A DNA stretch of 63,844 nucleotides, counting the filler, from Octopus bimaculoides (Eukaryota), in NCBI RefSeq assembly GCF_001194135.2. It is 9 parts of 7 records of this genome, joined end to end, with 100 filler letters (N's around TTAATTAATTAA, not from the genome) between each part and the next. Parts side by side here need not be neighbours in the genome. Positions count along the whole stretch, not along the records: positions 1 to 19,149 come from NC_068983.1; 8 more parts are not named here. The stretch is one strand, 5' to 3'. The notes beneath the pieces were generated by a model. That model saw nothing but the letters and a program-made list of their open reading frames with translations. It was not told the origin of the DNA and searched no databases. Positions 1 through 17,595 of the stretch are shown one piece after another. Within the stretch, counting starts at the first letter, position 1. Each line of letters begins with the position of its first letter. A program made the position numbers and the translations under genes.

Positions 1-39
<39 letters not shown>

Positions 40-922
40 TATAATTCTATTATATATCCCTACATAATTTAGAAGAGTGAATTTTAAGAAAGGAAACACA
101 TTGATTTACACAGGAACCATTAAGATAAGTTTTGCCCTTGTCTTACAGTTTCATTATGGTGAGAATGCACGGGTTGTTTATGTATTGCTTATGGTTTCAG
201 TAAATCAGATGGTCTGACATGCGCATATAACGCAACTTTGACACTTTTTTTTGGAAGTGTTTCTTTAAAATGGATACACAACGGTATTTACTATCTATTC
301 ATATTATGTAGCCAACGATGTGTGTATATAAGTATATGTATGTATGTAAGTGTGTATGTATGTATGTATGTATGTATGTATGTATTTATGTACGTATGTA
401 TGCATGTGTCTATCTATCTATATACATGTGTGTCTGTGCATATATATATATATATATATACTTTCATCTTTTGACTGCGGAAAAAACGTGTATATTACAT
501 GGACCTGTTTCAATCGTGTTGTTTTTAAATAGTAACTAATACAACGTAAAACTCGTTGGCACATGACTAGCTGCTAGATGCATTCCTATAATGTTAATGT
601 TTTCTATCAATAATGTTTATGATTCTGCATCAATATTGTTTTCTCGTCTACCATATAGTGATATACATTGCCGCACAACTATATGTATGAAAATGCATGA
701 ATGAACGGCTTGCTTCTTCCCATTTTAAATTATAATACATCTTAGAATCAAGACTTACATTGAAAATGCAAATGTTCTTTCGGTAGTTTGTGAAAATAAG
801 TGCACTACGATAGACTTATTTCTTCAAATATACGTTTGTACAGTCTCGTACTATCAAATGCGAGGAAAATGTTCAAACGAAACTGTTAGTAAATAAAGGA
901 AAGAAAAGAGAAAATGATTTAG

Positions 923-975
<53 letters not shown>

Positions 976-978
976 CAA

Positions 979-1045
<67 letters not shown>

Positions 1046-1200
1046 GTTACTGATTCTGTAGCTGCTGCCGCTCCTACAGCTTTTACTAATTGTGGTATCA
1101 TCAATAATAGAAGGATCAGTACTAGTAGTAGCGGTTGAAGCAGCAGCGGCAGCAGCAATAACAGCAGCAGCAACAGCAGCAGCAGCAGCAGCAGCAGTAT

Positions 1201-1254
<54 letters not shown>

Positions 1255-1281
1255 GTGTAGTAGTAGTAGTAGTAGTAGTAG
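923..1281. repeat. Compound microsatellite (CTA)n ... (GCA)n (TAG)n
   Basis: Directly visible. Confidence 0.97.
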
Positions 1282-3880
1282 ATGAATAAGTTCCAAGATG
1301 GTATACATAAAGTTATTTGTTGGAATGGAAATCAAAGTTAAATATATTAATATATAAGAAACGTAACATATTGACATATTCGGATTCATTGCCCTGTTTT
1401 TGGTGATATAACTACAAAGCTTCTGCTGTAGCTGCTCTACGGTCATTGCTTTAATCAATTGTGTATTATGTTTAAACAACCCTTGTAAATTCAAAATGCC
1501 AAATCCAAGAGATCCATGGAGTGCATATTGCTCTTAGTACCTTGTGCATACATTTGATACTAAAAAAATATATGTCGAATATGACCAATGCAATGGGAAC
1601 AATCTATTCAACCTTCGCTTCGACATAGAGAAAGTGATACATAATATAAAAGGAAGCAGATAAAGCTTTCTGTGTACAGAGGATGATACGTCGTGACAAT
1701 AACATCTATAATGAAAACAAGACTGTGAGTATATAAGTGTATAATAAATAGATTTAAGAAAAAGATCCTGAACAATACCAGAATACAAACTGAAGACGTG
1801 CAGAAAGAAATATTATAATGAAGAATAAATATATAAGAAATAATAAATGAAAAAGCAGATTATGTGCAAGATGTCAGGCAGGATAAAGTAGAAATAGTGA
1901 GAAAAAAAATGATACAACATTGATGTTGAGATGATTTAATTTTTTTAAAAAATGGTATACAAAATTATAGAGAGCAGATGGTTGTTTAAAAACACAGTTA
2001 AAAGCAATAGTTTTATTTGCTTCAGTGAATAAACTAATAGAGAATTTCATTCGTTTTATCACATTTCCCTTCCGAAATTCGAATTAAATGATACTCAGCA
2101 CTCTAGGGCTTCAAATCTATTATTCCTAAATCTGATATTTTAAGTTTATTATTCTTACATCGGAAAAAAATATTGATAATAAGGACAACCAACAACGATG
2201 TTTGGAATTCACTATACTAAATCTTTTTTCGTAGAATCTTTATATTGTTTTCTATCATCATATATTAATAGGTTTGTTTATGTCAAGCTTCTTCTGTTTG
2301 TCACCTCTAAATTTCTTTTCCATTTTTAGTTTTGTTTTTGTCTTTAACTCATTTTTTTTTGGTGAGTCTGTTAAAGTTTTTCCATTATTTCGCTTTCAAT
2401 TATTTCTTTGTGATTTTGTGATTTGGTTTGAAATGATAATAGTTGCATTGTGCGAATGTACATGCATACATAGCTACATTCGTACACACGTGCATGTATA
2501 CATGCACATACTTAAACATACATATACAGACACCATGTGTATGACTGCCTGTGTGTATGTAAATATGTATGTGAGCGTTTATGTGTATGGCTGTAAGTGT
2601 GCTTGCGTCGGTGCACTTAGAACAATGTGTGGCAGATTTATTGCTTATACGTCGTATGTGAATTTATATGTACCGGAATAAAGTATCAGGCAAAAGTATG
2701 TGTTTACACAATCATCAGCGTCTACGTACAAATACACGGCACTGCATGTATATACAACTATCTCTCACTACACATATGTATATATATATATATNNNNNNN
2801 NNNNNNNNGATGTGTATTTCCATATGTGTGGACATCTGTTTCTATATGTGTCCTTGTGTGAAGTAAAGTGTGTGTGTATATATGGTCATGTGTTTCAGTC
2901 TCCATATATATATATAGACGCACCTATATATGATCTCTCTCATAGTCATACATATCGATCACTCTCTCTTCCTCTACACGCATAGACTATATTTGAACAT
3001 GAGAAATATTCTACATGATAAGATACATATAAAATGTTCATATCTATGCACACACACACAGAATGCGTTCCATCCACATGATAGAAAACGATAGGGAAAA
3101 CGACGAAAGTAGTAAAATCTTAAACAGTTTGGAAAGCGAATTACTGCTCCTACAAATATTTTCTTATATATGGGCCTCAACTGAATATTAAATAGATCAC
3201 TGAAGACAGTACAGTTGCTTTAACGTCTGCGATATTTTCGAGAAAATGTTTTCCTGCCAATGTCTATTTGCATTCTATCACAATTTCATTAAAGAAGGAG
3301 TGAAAGGAAGAAAACATAAACAAACAATAAGTTCAGACTGTTATAACTGTAGCCGATCAATCAAAACAAAATGGCGGATAAAGTTATCAAAAACATGTAT
3401 ATAACACATCAAATATAAACACATGCTGGCAAACATGACTGATAAGGTGTCATGTTTCGATCATCGGGCTGTCAGTGAGGAATTATATTTGTCGTTATCA
3501 TAGGTTTCTATACCTGGTGGGAAGTAGAGAAAGGCAATAGTAATTTACAGTAACCCAAGAAGACGGCGTTAATAGAAGAGAAGATATCGAACAATAAAAT
3601 AACAAATGACAAAGCACATAAATAGATAAATAAGTAAATATATTATTTCGGAAGTTTTGCTGTGGTAGGAAAACAACAGTCATAGAGATTGTGAATAATA
3701 TGTTGTGAGTAACAAAAGTATTCTTAGTTATGCTGAGGTGTAGAATCCATGTAAACTTGCGGGTATCTCCGAGGTTTGCAAAATAATTATCATTTTTGTT
3801 TTCGGGATCTTGAGAACGAAGGGGATTTATCACTTTTGCTAGGAGGCTATGACTGCTGCTATTATTACTGCTGCATCTGA

Positions 3881-3881
<1 letters not shown>

Positions 3882-3936
<55 letters not shown>
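3882..3936. repeat. (CTA)n microsatellite
   Basis: Directly visible. Confidence 0.97.
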
Positions 3937-3959
3937 ATCATCATCACCATCATCATAAA

Positions 3960-4483
3960 TGCTTTGTTTCAGTGCCAGGCAGTGGCTCTCATGGCTTCTG
4001 ATCTTTATTGATTGGAAGTGTTATCATGTACGTTGCTTTGTCTTAGTATAAAAGATGGGCTACAGCAAATATTCTGCCCAATACGAAACATTTGCTTGTC
4101 AATTGCTTGACCTTAACCAGCTAAGCATGTCTTTTGTTTGCTGACGAGTAGTGGGGGTGAATCAACCGTGTGTTGAGAGGAACGCTTTGGGGTTTGGAGA
4201 ATTCATCTTTGGAAAGATGAATGTTTTGTTGAACAAACTTAAACAGCCTTATTCAGCGAACTTTTGAGCAGGATGGGCTACTTGATCTGAAGAAAATTTT
4301 CACTGAGCCCTAATTGCTATGTCATGCGCTCTTTATCTTGATATAAGATCACTGTATCGCGCGCACATGTTTGTGATGCATGGACCTGGTGTACTTTATC
4401 AGACAGGTAGTCACGATAGTTATACTGGGCTTCGTATGTTTTACTCCAGTGTCAGTTTGATGGCATGTACTGTTCTCTCTCAT

Positions 4484-4484
<1 letters not shown>
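3960..4484. repeat. Unclassified interspersed repeat abutting the (AAT)n tract
   Basis: Complex non-coding segment between two microsatellites that I recall as a common octopus repeat; single copy in this window; orientation and class unknown. Confidence 0.35.
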
Positions 4485-7590
<3,106 letters not shown>

Positions 7591-7595
7591 ATAAT

Positions 7596-7677
<82 letters not shown>

Positions 7678-7690
7678 GTAATAATAATAT

Positions 7691-7850
7691 TCAGACAAAT
7701 ACATAACAAAAACACCAGGACTTACAAATATATATAACATACAAAAAATTTCACTACTGGGTACTGCACACATTCTACGCAAAACACTTTCAATACAGTA
7801 AACATAAGAGCACCACAGCAAACCACAGCACATACCCAAGGCGCACAGAG
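7691..7850 (+). mobile_element. 3' fragment of a second R4/Dong family
   Basis: Translates to SDKYITKTPGLTNIYNIQKISLLGTAHILRKTLSIQ*, homologous to QIPGNPKMAEVQKIVLMGTAHILRKILS* in the upstream copy. Confidence 0.85.
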
Positions 7851-8060
7851 AAAGGATGTGATAGCAATGGTAATTGGTACACATGGAAGTATCAGCACTC
7901 AAATACCAGCATGACTGAAAAAGATCGGTGTGAACGTGAGGGTAGAACACCTACAAAAATCATCATTGCATAGACCTGCAATAATTTTTCGCAGGGTTCA
8001 TAAAGCATGACCAGTAGACAAGTGTCACCGTAGTCTGCTGGCTGTGGACAGCTGACAATT
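7851..8060 (+). mobile_element. 3' fragment of a third R4/Dong family
   Basis: DVIAMVIGTHGSIS..*LKKIGVNVRVEHLQKSSL..AIIFRRV aligns with the PIVIGAL..VQK..L.TA.ILRK C-terminus. Confidence 0.7.
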
Positions 8061-8226
8061 TCTCTACTTTCGTTTATGTATCCTCCGTTACATCATTTAA
8101 TGTGGTTGTCTCCCCTTGATTGATGTTAACCCCACGTTATTGTCATTTTTTGTTTTGTGTTTGTGTTGTAACTCGCCTTTTGATAGTGTCCTTCATGTGT
8201 TGGGTCCTTGTGGCCAATAAAAGAAA

Positions 8227-8377
8227 TCATTGTCGGCATTACTTGGAACTGCACGCATATTGCGTAAAGTACAGTCTGCCTGAAGTCCGTGTTGCTACTT
8301 TAGAAACGGTACATAGCTCCGATAGACACAATATTTTCAATCTACAACCTCACAATATCGTATACTGTGTGACATCT
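8227..8377 (+). mobile_element. 3' fragment of a fourth R4/Dong family with an (AAT)n tail
   Basis: LLGTARILRKVQSA*, then about 90 nt of UTR, then (AAT)n at 8378-8465. Confidence 0.75.
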
Positions 8378-8391
8378 ATAATAATAATAAC

Positions 8392-8466
<75 letters not shown>

Positions 8467-9549
8467 GATGATTTTTTTTATTGACCAGAACGTCCCAAGC
8501 CATGGAGGACAAAATCGAAGGACGAGTTACATCTCACACGAAATCAAAACAAAAAATTACAAAAACAAGTGGATTTAACATCGATCAAGGAAAGAAACTA
8601 CCATAATAATTGACGTAACAGAGGAATATATAAAAGAAAGTAGAGAAATAAATCATAAATAAATAAACAGAATCCCCGATAGGAGAGCAGTTCACTTAGG
8701 GCAATCCGGGGTAAATCCCAAACAAAATGTTCTCTCCAGTTTCCTGCTTCGTAAACAATACTGAAAGTAATTCTATTCTGTGTCACTAGTCTTGCCACCG
8801 TCGGCCACCATTTCATAAATACATTACACGGCTTGGTTTGTTGCTATTTGTCGCTGTTCTTCTTGTTTGACTTTTCGTTTTCGTCTGTGCTGGCTGTGTT
8901 CATGTTGGTGGTGTTTTCTTGACATTTTGTCTTTGTCCGTATCAATCGTGGCGCTGGTGCTGGTGCTGGTGCTGTTAGTTGTATTAGTATTGTTATTTGT
9001 GCTGTTCGGATGGGATAAATCCCCGAGGTATTGACCATCACAACAACCACTACCACTCGCCTCGACAAACGATGCCATCTTGTTTTTCGTTTGACGAAAA
9101 GCAAAAACATAATGTTTAAAGAACCCTTTTTCGTTAACAAGATGTGTCCCACACAATTAACAAGCGAAGCAAACAGGCAACAATCTTCAAACATTTCAAC
9201 AATAGCTGCAACACACGAGCTTAGAAAAAAAGTCAGACCTCACTGACGACAACAACAACAACAAATATCGTAAATAAATACTGATTTCAAACAATGGCTC
9301 TGGTCCAGCAATTTCGGAGAAGGGGTAAATTGATTACATCGACCCCATAATGCTCAGCTTGTACTTATTATAATACTTATGATAATGCTGTTATTGCTCC
9401 TGCTGCTGGTGATAATAGATAATGACGACGACGAATTTTTCAAAATATCTCAATATATAAATGTGAATTTGAATATAGATATTAGGTGTATGAAAAAACG
9501 CCTTCTTTATTAACCACAGTGGGCTGATATAATCATGGACAGTGCTATA

Positions 9550-11000
9550 TCATAAAGAGTAGTACTGCATGAGAAGAAAGGAAAACAACAACACGATCAC
9601 AATGAAAAAATCATACGATCAATTATCCTCCAAAACGGGAACATCCGAAAACCCACTAAGAAACGATCACCTGAATCTCTTACATTCGTCTTCCTCAACA
9701 TGCCACTCATACTCGAAACAGCCAATTTCACTCATATTATGTAGAGCATTCTCTTCCACTTACCACCAAATTTGCTGGAATGCAACATTACTATTTCCAT
9801 CCTATATTTCCATTGAAATAACCGGTGTGGGATTGATAAATGTTGAAGGTGTTTGTATTCAGCAAGTTTAATGTCGGCCCTCTCACAACCTCTTTCAATA
9901 AAGCAATGACAAAAAATGAGTGCTTCTATATTCCATCTATTGAGTAGCAGCTGAAATGCTTCACAATATTCTCAGCTTAGCTGGATTTATCTTGCACGTG
10001 ATAACATCAGCTCTACAAAATCCTTACGCCGGCAAACTTCGGATTCTTGGTGAGTGCATGCAAAAACAATTTCATTACACTTCTCGCACATTGTGTAGGG
10101 CCAGTAAGTTAAAACCACATTGTTTATATCACAGCGACATCAATGGCGTCGTCTCGAAATCTTTCTGAAGTTGACCAGACAATTTATTCTCATCTACGCT
10201 GAGATTTTCCGGTAGAATGGCATTAATTCTTTGCGCAATTACTTCTCTATAGAATAGATGAGAGATTTTTCGACGAACCAGATGCCTTAGGCGTGAGAGC
10301 TCAAAGCAATCCTAGCTGTTAAGTTCCCTGCTTCGATGTTTGCTTTTTATCGGACAACTGCTTTTCAGCTGCACTGAATCATTGGAGCTGTCGATGCCTC
10401 AGCCTAAACCTGTCCATCATTAAACAAATGTTGCCGAATCTTAGGCATCAGAGATTTCCAAAAATTGCCGCACCTAAGAACCAAAGGAGAAAAGAGATCA
10501 TTTTATTATAAAGGCGAGAAGCAGACGGTACAAATAAGTCTGGCGTATACTGAAGCAAGGTTGCAAGTTTAGGTGATAACAATTCATGCATGCATTCCAG
10601 GTGTTCACTATCTATGTCAGGCTTTACAGGCATAACTTATTTTAAACTTGTTTCTGCGTCTAAATGGAAAGTCTCGTCATCGGCTCTTCTCAGTTTTCTA
10701 CCAATTAGAGGTCTGGCCGAAACTAGTTCTCCAAACAATTTTGGAAGTTTTTGGAGAATTGTTGAAGTACCCCGATGCTTTCGTATCCTGTTGTTGGATG
10801 AGATCTCTCTCAATGTTGTCATCACAACATTTCTAACATCTGAATCTACTGGCCTCTGCCGTTAGCATGCGTTTTACCGTATCCATCTTCAGAGAAAGTA
10901 CAAATGAGTCATTGTTAGCTCTACAGTGAAGGATGGCACATCGACAGCACCAAATTAGTTAGCATATCTGCCTTGCGTTTGTGGTGTTGTTTTGGCCTGC
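9550..11000 (-). mobile_element. Possible very old LINE remnant
   Basis: KPDIDSEHL..LSPKLATLLQ..VP and NICL resemble the N-terminal RT region; otherwise unrecognisable. Confidence 0.2.
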
Positions 11001-12046
11001 AGCATTCTTGAAAACTGTCGTTACGTCAAAGTTAGACGCATCAGTACGGTATTGATGGTATTTGAAGAAGCTTTTATTGATGTCAGCTTTATTTTTATTC
11101 CTCTTGTTGGTGGTGGTTTGTATTTGCTTTTTCTGCTAAGAAATTGCAGTGGTGGTTATGGTGATGGTCATAGCCATTGCGATACATTACGCGTCGATAT
11201 ATTGCTTTGCATGTTGTCATTTCTGTTATTAATATTCTCATTCAAGTGAGGATAGTAGGTTGTTGTCTTTGTTAAGCCTTTTATTGCTTCTGTTGCTTAG
11301 TGAGTGCTGGTACGCTTCTCTACGAGAATTTATTTCCTTAGACATGGTATTTTGTGGAATAACGTCTTGAATCATTGACTGACTTAATTATACCTCCTTG
11401 TCGAAGACTGTCCCACTTTCCGCATCAGCAGCGTGAGAGTTAAAGATGTCAGCATATTATATATTTCTGTTTTATTCAAAAACACAATTTCCAAATTTTC
11501 TTCCAATTTCGGCCAAGTGTTGCAAAACAGAGACAGCTAAATTGCTTTCCATGTTCTTTGGCTTTACAAAAAGTAAAGTTGAGAGATTGTCCAATATACT
11601 TCGCTTAGATAAACAAAACACACAGAGAGTTTCTAATTATATTTTGTTAGTACAAAGAAAAGCAATGCAAAACAACAACAGCAAAAACAGTTTTCCAACA
11701 TAGAGAAAACATAAATAGAGTACAATATTGATATTGTATTATGAAATTCAAAATTAATGTAGCGAGTTAGCAGAACAGTTTGTGTTGCAGAAAGAAAAAA
11801 AGAAAAAATTCCGACTCATGTCCTGCGCTGAAATTTCACGTAAGTCGGAAGTCGGTGTTGGTCTTTCATCACTTGTGAATGGATAAAATTACCACTATTC
11901 AATTCCAAGAATCGACTAAAATCAATTTGAACCACTCACCTTTGAATTGCTGTAATAGTTTGATAAAGTATTTAAAAATTCTGAATTTCAGAGCAAAGTT
12001 GTTAATAACGCCATATTTTTCATTTATTCATGCGCCCTTTTCAAGG

Positions 12047-12331
12047 CTAGCCAGGCTCATGGGCCCGTTTTCCCGGTTTCTATGGCGTATGTGTTCCCCC
12101 CAGCTGGGTTGGACGCCAGTCCATCGCAGCGTTACTCAAGAAACAAGAAGAAAGGGTGAGAAATTTGGGGCCAAAGAGTACAACGGTGGTCGCCACCACC
12201 CCCTGCCAGAACCTCGTGGAGCTTTTAGGTATTTTCGCTCAATAAACACACACAACGCCCGGTCTGGGAATGGAAACCACGATCCTCCGACCGCGAGTCC
12301 GCTGCCCTAACCACTGGGTGATTGCGCCTCC
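12047..12331 (-). mobile_element. SINE with a family A head and a different (Meta-domain-like) 3' half
   Basis: About 12150-12331 matches family A; 12047-12140 reads CTGCGATGGACTGGCGTCC..ATAGAAACCGGG on the minus strand. Confidence 0.8.
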
Positions 12332-15106
12332 ACAATAACACCATAGCTAGTTGAAAATTGTGTGATACTATACACTAAACTACAGATTTGTCTGAGAGTG
12401 AGTGCTGTGAAACATATTTTGCTGTTTAACTAACGTTTTTCTTAAAAGTCTAGAGAGAGCGTAAAGACGTTTATGACCAACAAAATTTAAGTATAAACCC
12501 TGCATTTTAGAAAATGGTGACTAATCTGTAACTTCAAACCCAACTTGTTCACTAGTACTTTATTTTGTCGGCTACATAAATATAAATGAGAAAACCCGCA
12601 GTCAGTGAGCACCTTCTGTCATTGAATTATAGATACTTGCAATCCACCGATTCAAAAATTAGAATGATTTCTTTATTTATTGTTGAGTGTTTAGAAACGG
12701 ATTGAGGACGGGGCACAAAGATACAATAGAATATATGATGTGTTCTTCATAAAATGTGTAAGCACTAAAAATCATAGAAACAAAAAGAAATAAAAACAAA
12801 AACTTCTCAAAAGTTGCAGCCTCTCTCTTCATCATCGCAAGGACCTTTTTCTCATCCTCCCTTCATTCTACTGTCGTAACTTCATTATCATTACTCGGTC
12901 AAATTTTGCCATTGTAATTCAGCATTCAATCAGTTTGCTTTAGAGTAGCAATTTGTTTTTCCCACTCCACATTCCTTTTCACGTGAACCTTTAATTTCCA
13001 TCGGCATTGCCAACGTAGACGGCGTCGGCTTTCATTTAACTCTTTGACTCTGGTTTACTTTACAGCATCCCTCTCCTTGACATCGAGTGAATCGAGAGAG
13101 AGAACAAAAATACCTTTCTTCACAGCTACGTTTAAGCGACAAGATCTTCAGAATGGATGCTTTTAAAGCGGATTACCGGATACATCCAACGCGTCAACAA
13201 ATGTTGGGTAATATATGAGTATGTGCAGAACAATTTGTTCATTTTTAAAATCGAATTCTACACAAATATCATTTGGGGAAATACGGGCAGTATGTAGAAA
13301 AGTTTCAAGATGCTACTAATTGTCTTATTATAAAGCTTTATGCCATCCATAAAAATGAGCTTATTTATCTGAGCACCCCACTTTCCCATATCATAAGGTA
13401 TTTTAGCTCTTCGAAAAAGACTGAGCCGTATAATTTCATTGGTGTATTCGGATGTTCTTCAACCAGTAAGGCAGCGGTTGCCTCACTCTCACAAACTAAT
13501 AGCCAGACGTTTTTGGATGGAGGCATGTGTGTGTATGTGCGCGTGTGTGCTTGCATGTGTGCGCGCACGCGTGTGTATGCATGTGTGTGTGTTTGTGTGT
13601 GTACATATACACAAACAAATGTTCTTCAAATTGATACGAATTTATTTTTGTAATTACATCATACGGATGTAGCATTTAGCCATTACATGTTCTCAGCATT
13701 TAATCCACGATAACCTCTACAAGTGCGTCACAACAAAACGTAGAACTCACCTGTTCAACGAATGCGACCGCACTGTCTAGAATAGGATATATCATATAAT
13801 CTAGTACTGGATAACATTCTTATTGCGGTATTAAGTTATTTACTTCAGTTTTCGTGAGGGATCTACTTACACTTACTGTCAAAAATCTATGTTTGTCCCC
13901 AAAGTTAATATCATTACTGTAGCTCCTTACATATTACAAACCTTGGAGGTAGCCAATATTAATTTGCTAAGTTTTGGCCCATTCAAGATATTTAATTGAA
14001 ACGCTCAGCGATCGTTGCCCAAAGATGGACCATTTTAATTATAAGTTGTTCAAGATGACCTTATTTATGTTTTATTGGTAACAGAGGTATGCGTCTTATG
14101 AAATATTGAAGGATTCCGTTGAAATCCCTCAAAAATATAGCGAAACACTTTCGTTGATTCCGTCTCTCTTGCATGAATATTTGCGTATGTACTCGATGCT
14201 ATGGTAAAATTAGAATGTGTGCTCAACAACCCATTTACTAGACACATTTTGTTTTGTGAATTAACTGTGTAACAATGTTTGCATGTAGGGAGTTCCGTTT
14301 TTCAAGCGTTCTATTGAAGAAGATTGGTAATCTGCGTCGATTTTGAACGCTAAATATTCATTAAAAACATGACCTTTTCTCAATGAGCTATCATATGCAA
14401 TATCCACTTCTGCTTCTTCAACGTTATCAACACCACAGAAACCACACAACTTGCAACGCTAAATCTATTCGAACATTGTGATACACCGAATCACCTGTGG
14501 TTTTGTGTAACAGAATATTAGCTAACGCCTGTCGGTTAATGAGAAAACGTTAAATTTTAAATGATAGACTAGACACCGGTGTCAAACTCTATGTCGTTTT
14601 CTCAAACATGTGAGAAAGAAGAGATTTACATATTCAAAAATAAATGTTAAATATTTATTTTTTGGTATTCAGGAAATTAATCTTTATTCTTAGTGCATAT
14701 TGATATAATTCAATCAGATTTTTATAAAACATTCAATTTTAACAATTTATATTTTCTTTCAGCGGTGACAGTTGTTTTACATATTTCATCAAGTACTCCT
14801 TGCAACTGTACTACGTTTATTATTCTTTCTAGATATGTGCCACTTCCAATCTTATATAAATCTCTGCCATCAGTAGAGAAGTGCTGCAGTAAAATAGTGT
14901 CGCAACTGTTTACGCTAGAATACGTAACAACTATTAAACATTTTCTCAGTACTACTTCTTGCTTGCCTCCAAATGAAGGAACACTTGAGACCTTATCGAT
15001 AGTCTAGGTAACCCTATTGCCGTCAACTTGCTACCAACCGTCTAAAATCTCACACACACATACACACACGTACACACACACATACACACATACACACAAG
15101 CACATG

Positions 15107-15139
<33 letters not shown>

Positions 15140-15143
15140 ATAT

Positions 15144-15190
<47 letters not shown>

Positions 15191-15450
15191 TCAGGTTGAG
15201 TAAAAGATAAATAATGTTTTGAGGCATGAAGAATTTGTACCGGGTTTTTGTAGTTTTCAATACTTATGTAAAGTTTATTTGCAATTGCCTAATAATACGA
15301 ATATAGATTTGTCCAAAGGCATCAATGAATTAACATTGGTATTTTTCTCCCTTATTACAATCATTTGAAATTGAACTGTCAAAGCGAGATATTCGATCAA
15401 TTTTGTTATTGAACCTCAAGAAAAGGACGTAAAATAGTTGAAACTTCACG
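15191..15450 (+). mobile_element. Mariner-like 5' relic
   Basis: TA+TCAGGTTGAGTAAAAG start; frameshifted ELSKRDIRSILL..KKGRKIVETSR resembles the mariner transposase N-terminus; no right TIR found. Confidence 0.45.
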
Positions 15451-16908
15451 GGATGCGTGTGTATGCATGTGTATGCATGTGTGTATGTGTGTTTCTGTGT
15501 GTGTGTGTGTGTGTCTGTGTATGTATACATACACAAACAAATACAATTTGGTCAGTCTTTGGAATCTTGTTTACATTTGTAACTGATTCGTAATAATTTA
15601 TCCATTTTTTTTATGCAATGTCCTCTGATATGGTTGATATAACGATTGGTGGGTATGTTTTTTTTTTCCGGATGGGACTCTACAGTAACACCTCGGTGAT
15701 TAGATGTCATCTTCCAAACTGGGTATGTCCTAGATTATATATATATACATGTAAGTATATATGTATATGCATTCTAGTGTTTGTGTAGAGATGGATGGGC
15801 GTGAGAATTCGTTTGCTACAAGTAGCAGAAGTTTGTTCCTCGTTTGAATAAATCAACACCTGATAAATAAATCAAATATCAGACCGGGTAGGGAAACACC
15901 TGTTATATGGACGAAATTACTCGCATTAGTGAGTTTCTTCCTAGTACATATATCTTAGTTGTTTTGAATATGTTTTGTCCACTGGCACATGATCATTTAA
16001 TTATCAAATATGCGAGCATTTTTATTAATGAGAAATCATACAAGCGAAAATAAAATATTGTTGTTTCTATACACTATAGGGTATTTTTCATTAGGATGGT
16101 AGTGATATCTACATATTCATTCGAACTACTAGAGGAAGTAACCAAATCTCCCTCAAACACTATGAAATCCTTTCAAAACTTATCATGCAGCTATACAATT
16201 TACACAGTACATTAATATCTTCATGTGCAGCTGATATTTATCAGATCTCAGGTCAGACGAAACAGGATTGATCTCGAATTAAATAAAATCAACAAATGCA
16301 ATATATTACATAAAATATGTGGAGAATGTTGTTTCAAAACAAGCAATTCGTTGTAACATGCTATTTAGATATCGAACATAAAAGTACGTATTAATTCTAT
16401 TCGTATGGAAATCAATAAAATTCGTTAAACCATCGAAAAATATATATAATCAATATTTATTCCTATATAGCAGATTATATCAATATGAAAGATTACAAAA
16501 TAATGAATTATTAATACGTGGGATTAATCGGGTTTTATTACAATTAATAAACACTGATATAAAATATTTCGCAAACGCACTCAGAAATTAAAGTAGGCGT
16601 AACATAAATTCACGATATTTCAAAATCTAAATACTGAGGACGTCAATTGCTTTTCCTCTCTAAATATTAAAGCACGATGGCTTTCAGCTAGAACAAAGAA
16701 TGGAATAGAAAATGAAATCGTGTGAACGTATTAAATTCACAGATCAAGTTGACCTCCATTAACGGAAATAGCATGAAAAACACCGAGATATGTATTTTAA
16801 CAGGTACATATTCGAGATCTGTGTGGGTTGAAGTTCATACAGAGACATATGCATACATACACTCCCACACTCGCTCACTGTCTTACGAAAGAGTGTGTTT
16901 CTATATAC

Positions 16909-16939
<31 letters not shown>

Positions 16940-17547
16940 TATANNNNNNNNNNNNNNNNNNNNNNNNNNNNNNNNNNNNNNNNNNNNNNNNNNNNNNNNN
17001 NNNNNNNNNNNNNNNNNNNNNNNNNNNNNNNNNNNNNNNNNNNNNNNNNNNNNNNNNNNNNNNNNNNNNNNNNNNNNNNNNNNNNNNNNNNNNNNNNNNN
17101 NNNNNNNNNNNNNNNNNNNNNNNNNNNNNNNNNNNNNNNNNNNNNNNNNNNNNNNNNNNNNNNNNNNNNNNNNNNNNNNNNNNNNNNNNNNNNNNNNNNN
17201 NNNNNNNNNNNNNNNNNNNNNNNNNNNNNNNNNNNNNNNNNNNNNNNNNNNNNNNNNNNNNNNNNNNNNNNNNNNNNNNNNNNNNNNNNNNNNNNNNNNN
17301 NNNNNNNNNNNNNNNNNNNNNNNNNNNNNNNNNNNNNNNNNNNNNNNNNNNNNNNNNNNNNNNNNNNNNNNNNNNNNNNNNNNNNNNNNNNNNNNNNNNN
17401 NNNNNNNNNNNNNNNNNNNNNNNNNNNNNNNNNNNNNNNNNNNNNNNNNNNNNNNNNNNNNNNNNNNNNNNNNNNNNNNNNNNNNNNNNNNNNNNNNNNN
17501 NNNNNNNNNNNNNNNNNNNNNNNNNNNNNNNNNNNNNNNNNNNNNNN

Positions 17548-17595
<48 letters not shown>

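Noticed and set aside
238-1494. Poly-L/V/T/A and MYVC-type ORFs here and throughout the ORF track
   Set aside because: They are translations of microsatellites, with no domain content or splice support
3440-3485. Minus-strand CTGACAG..GAAACATGAC hammerhead-like string
   Set aside because: Core is broken and there are no stems I or II
13365-13568. Minus-strand ..ALLVEEHPNTPMKLYGSVFF.. faintly like the MPI C-terminus
   Set aside because: No convincing acceptor site, poor spacing and no matching downstream residues; likely chance
14065-14460. CKLCGFCG and SSSIERL peptides resembling hAT transposase pieces
   Set aside because: Motif order and spacing do not fit; no TIRs
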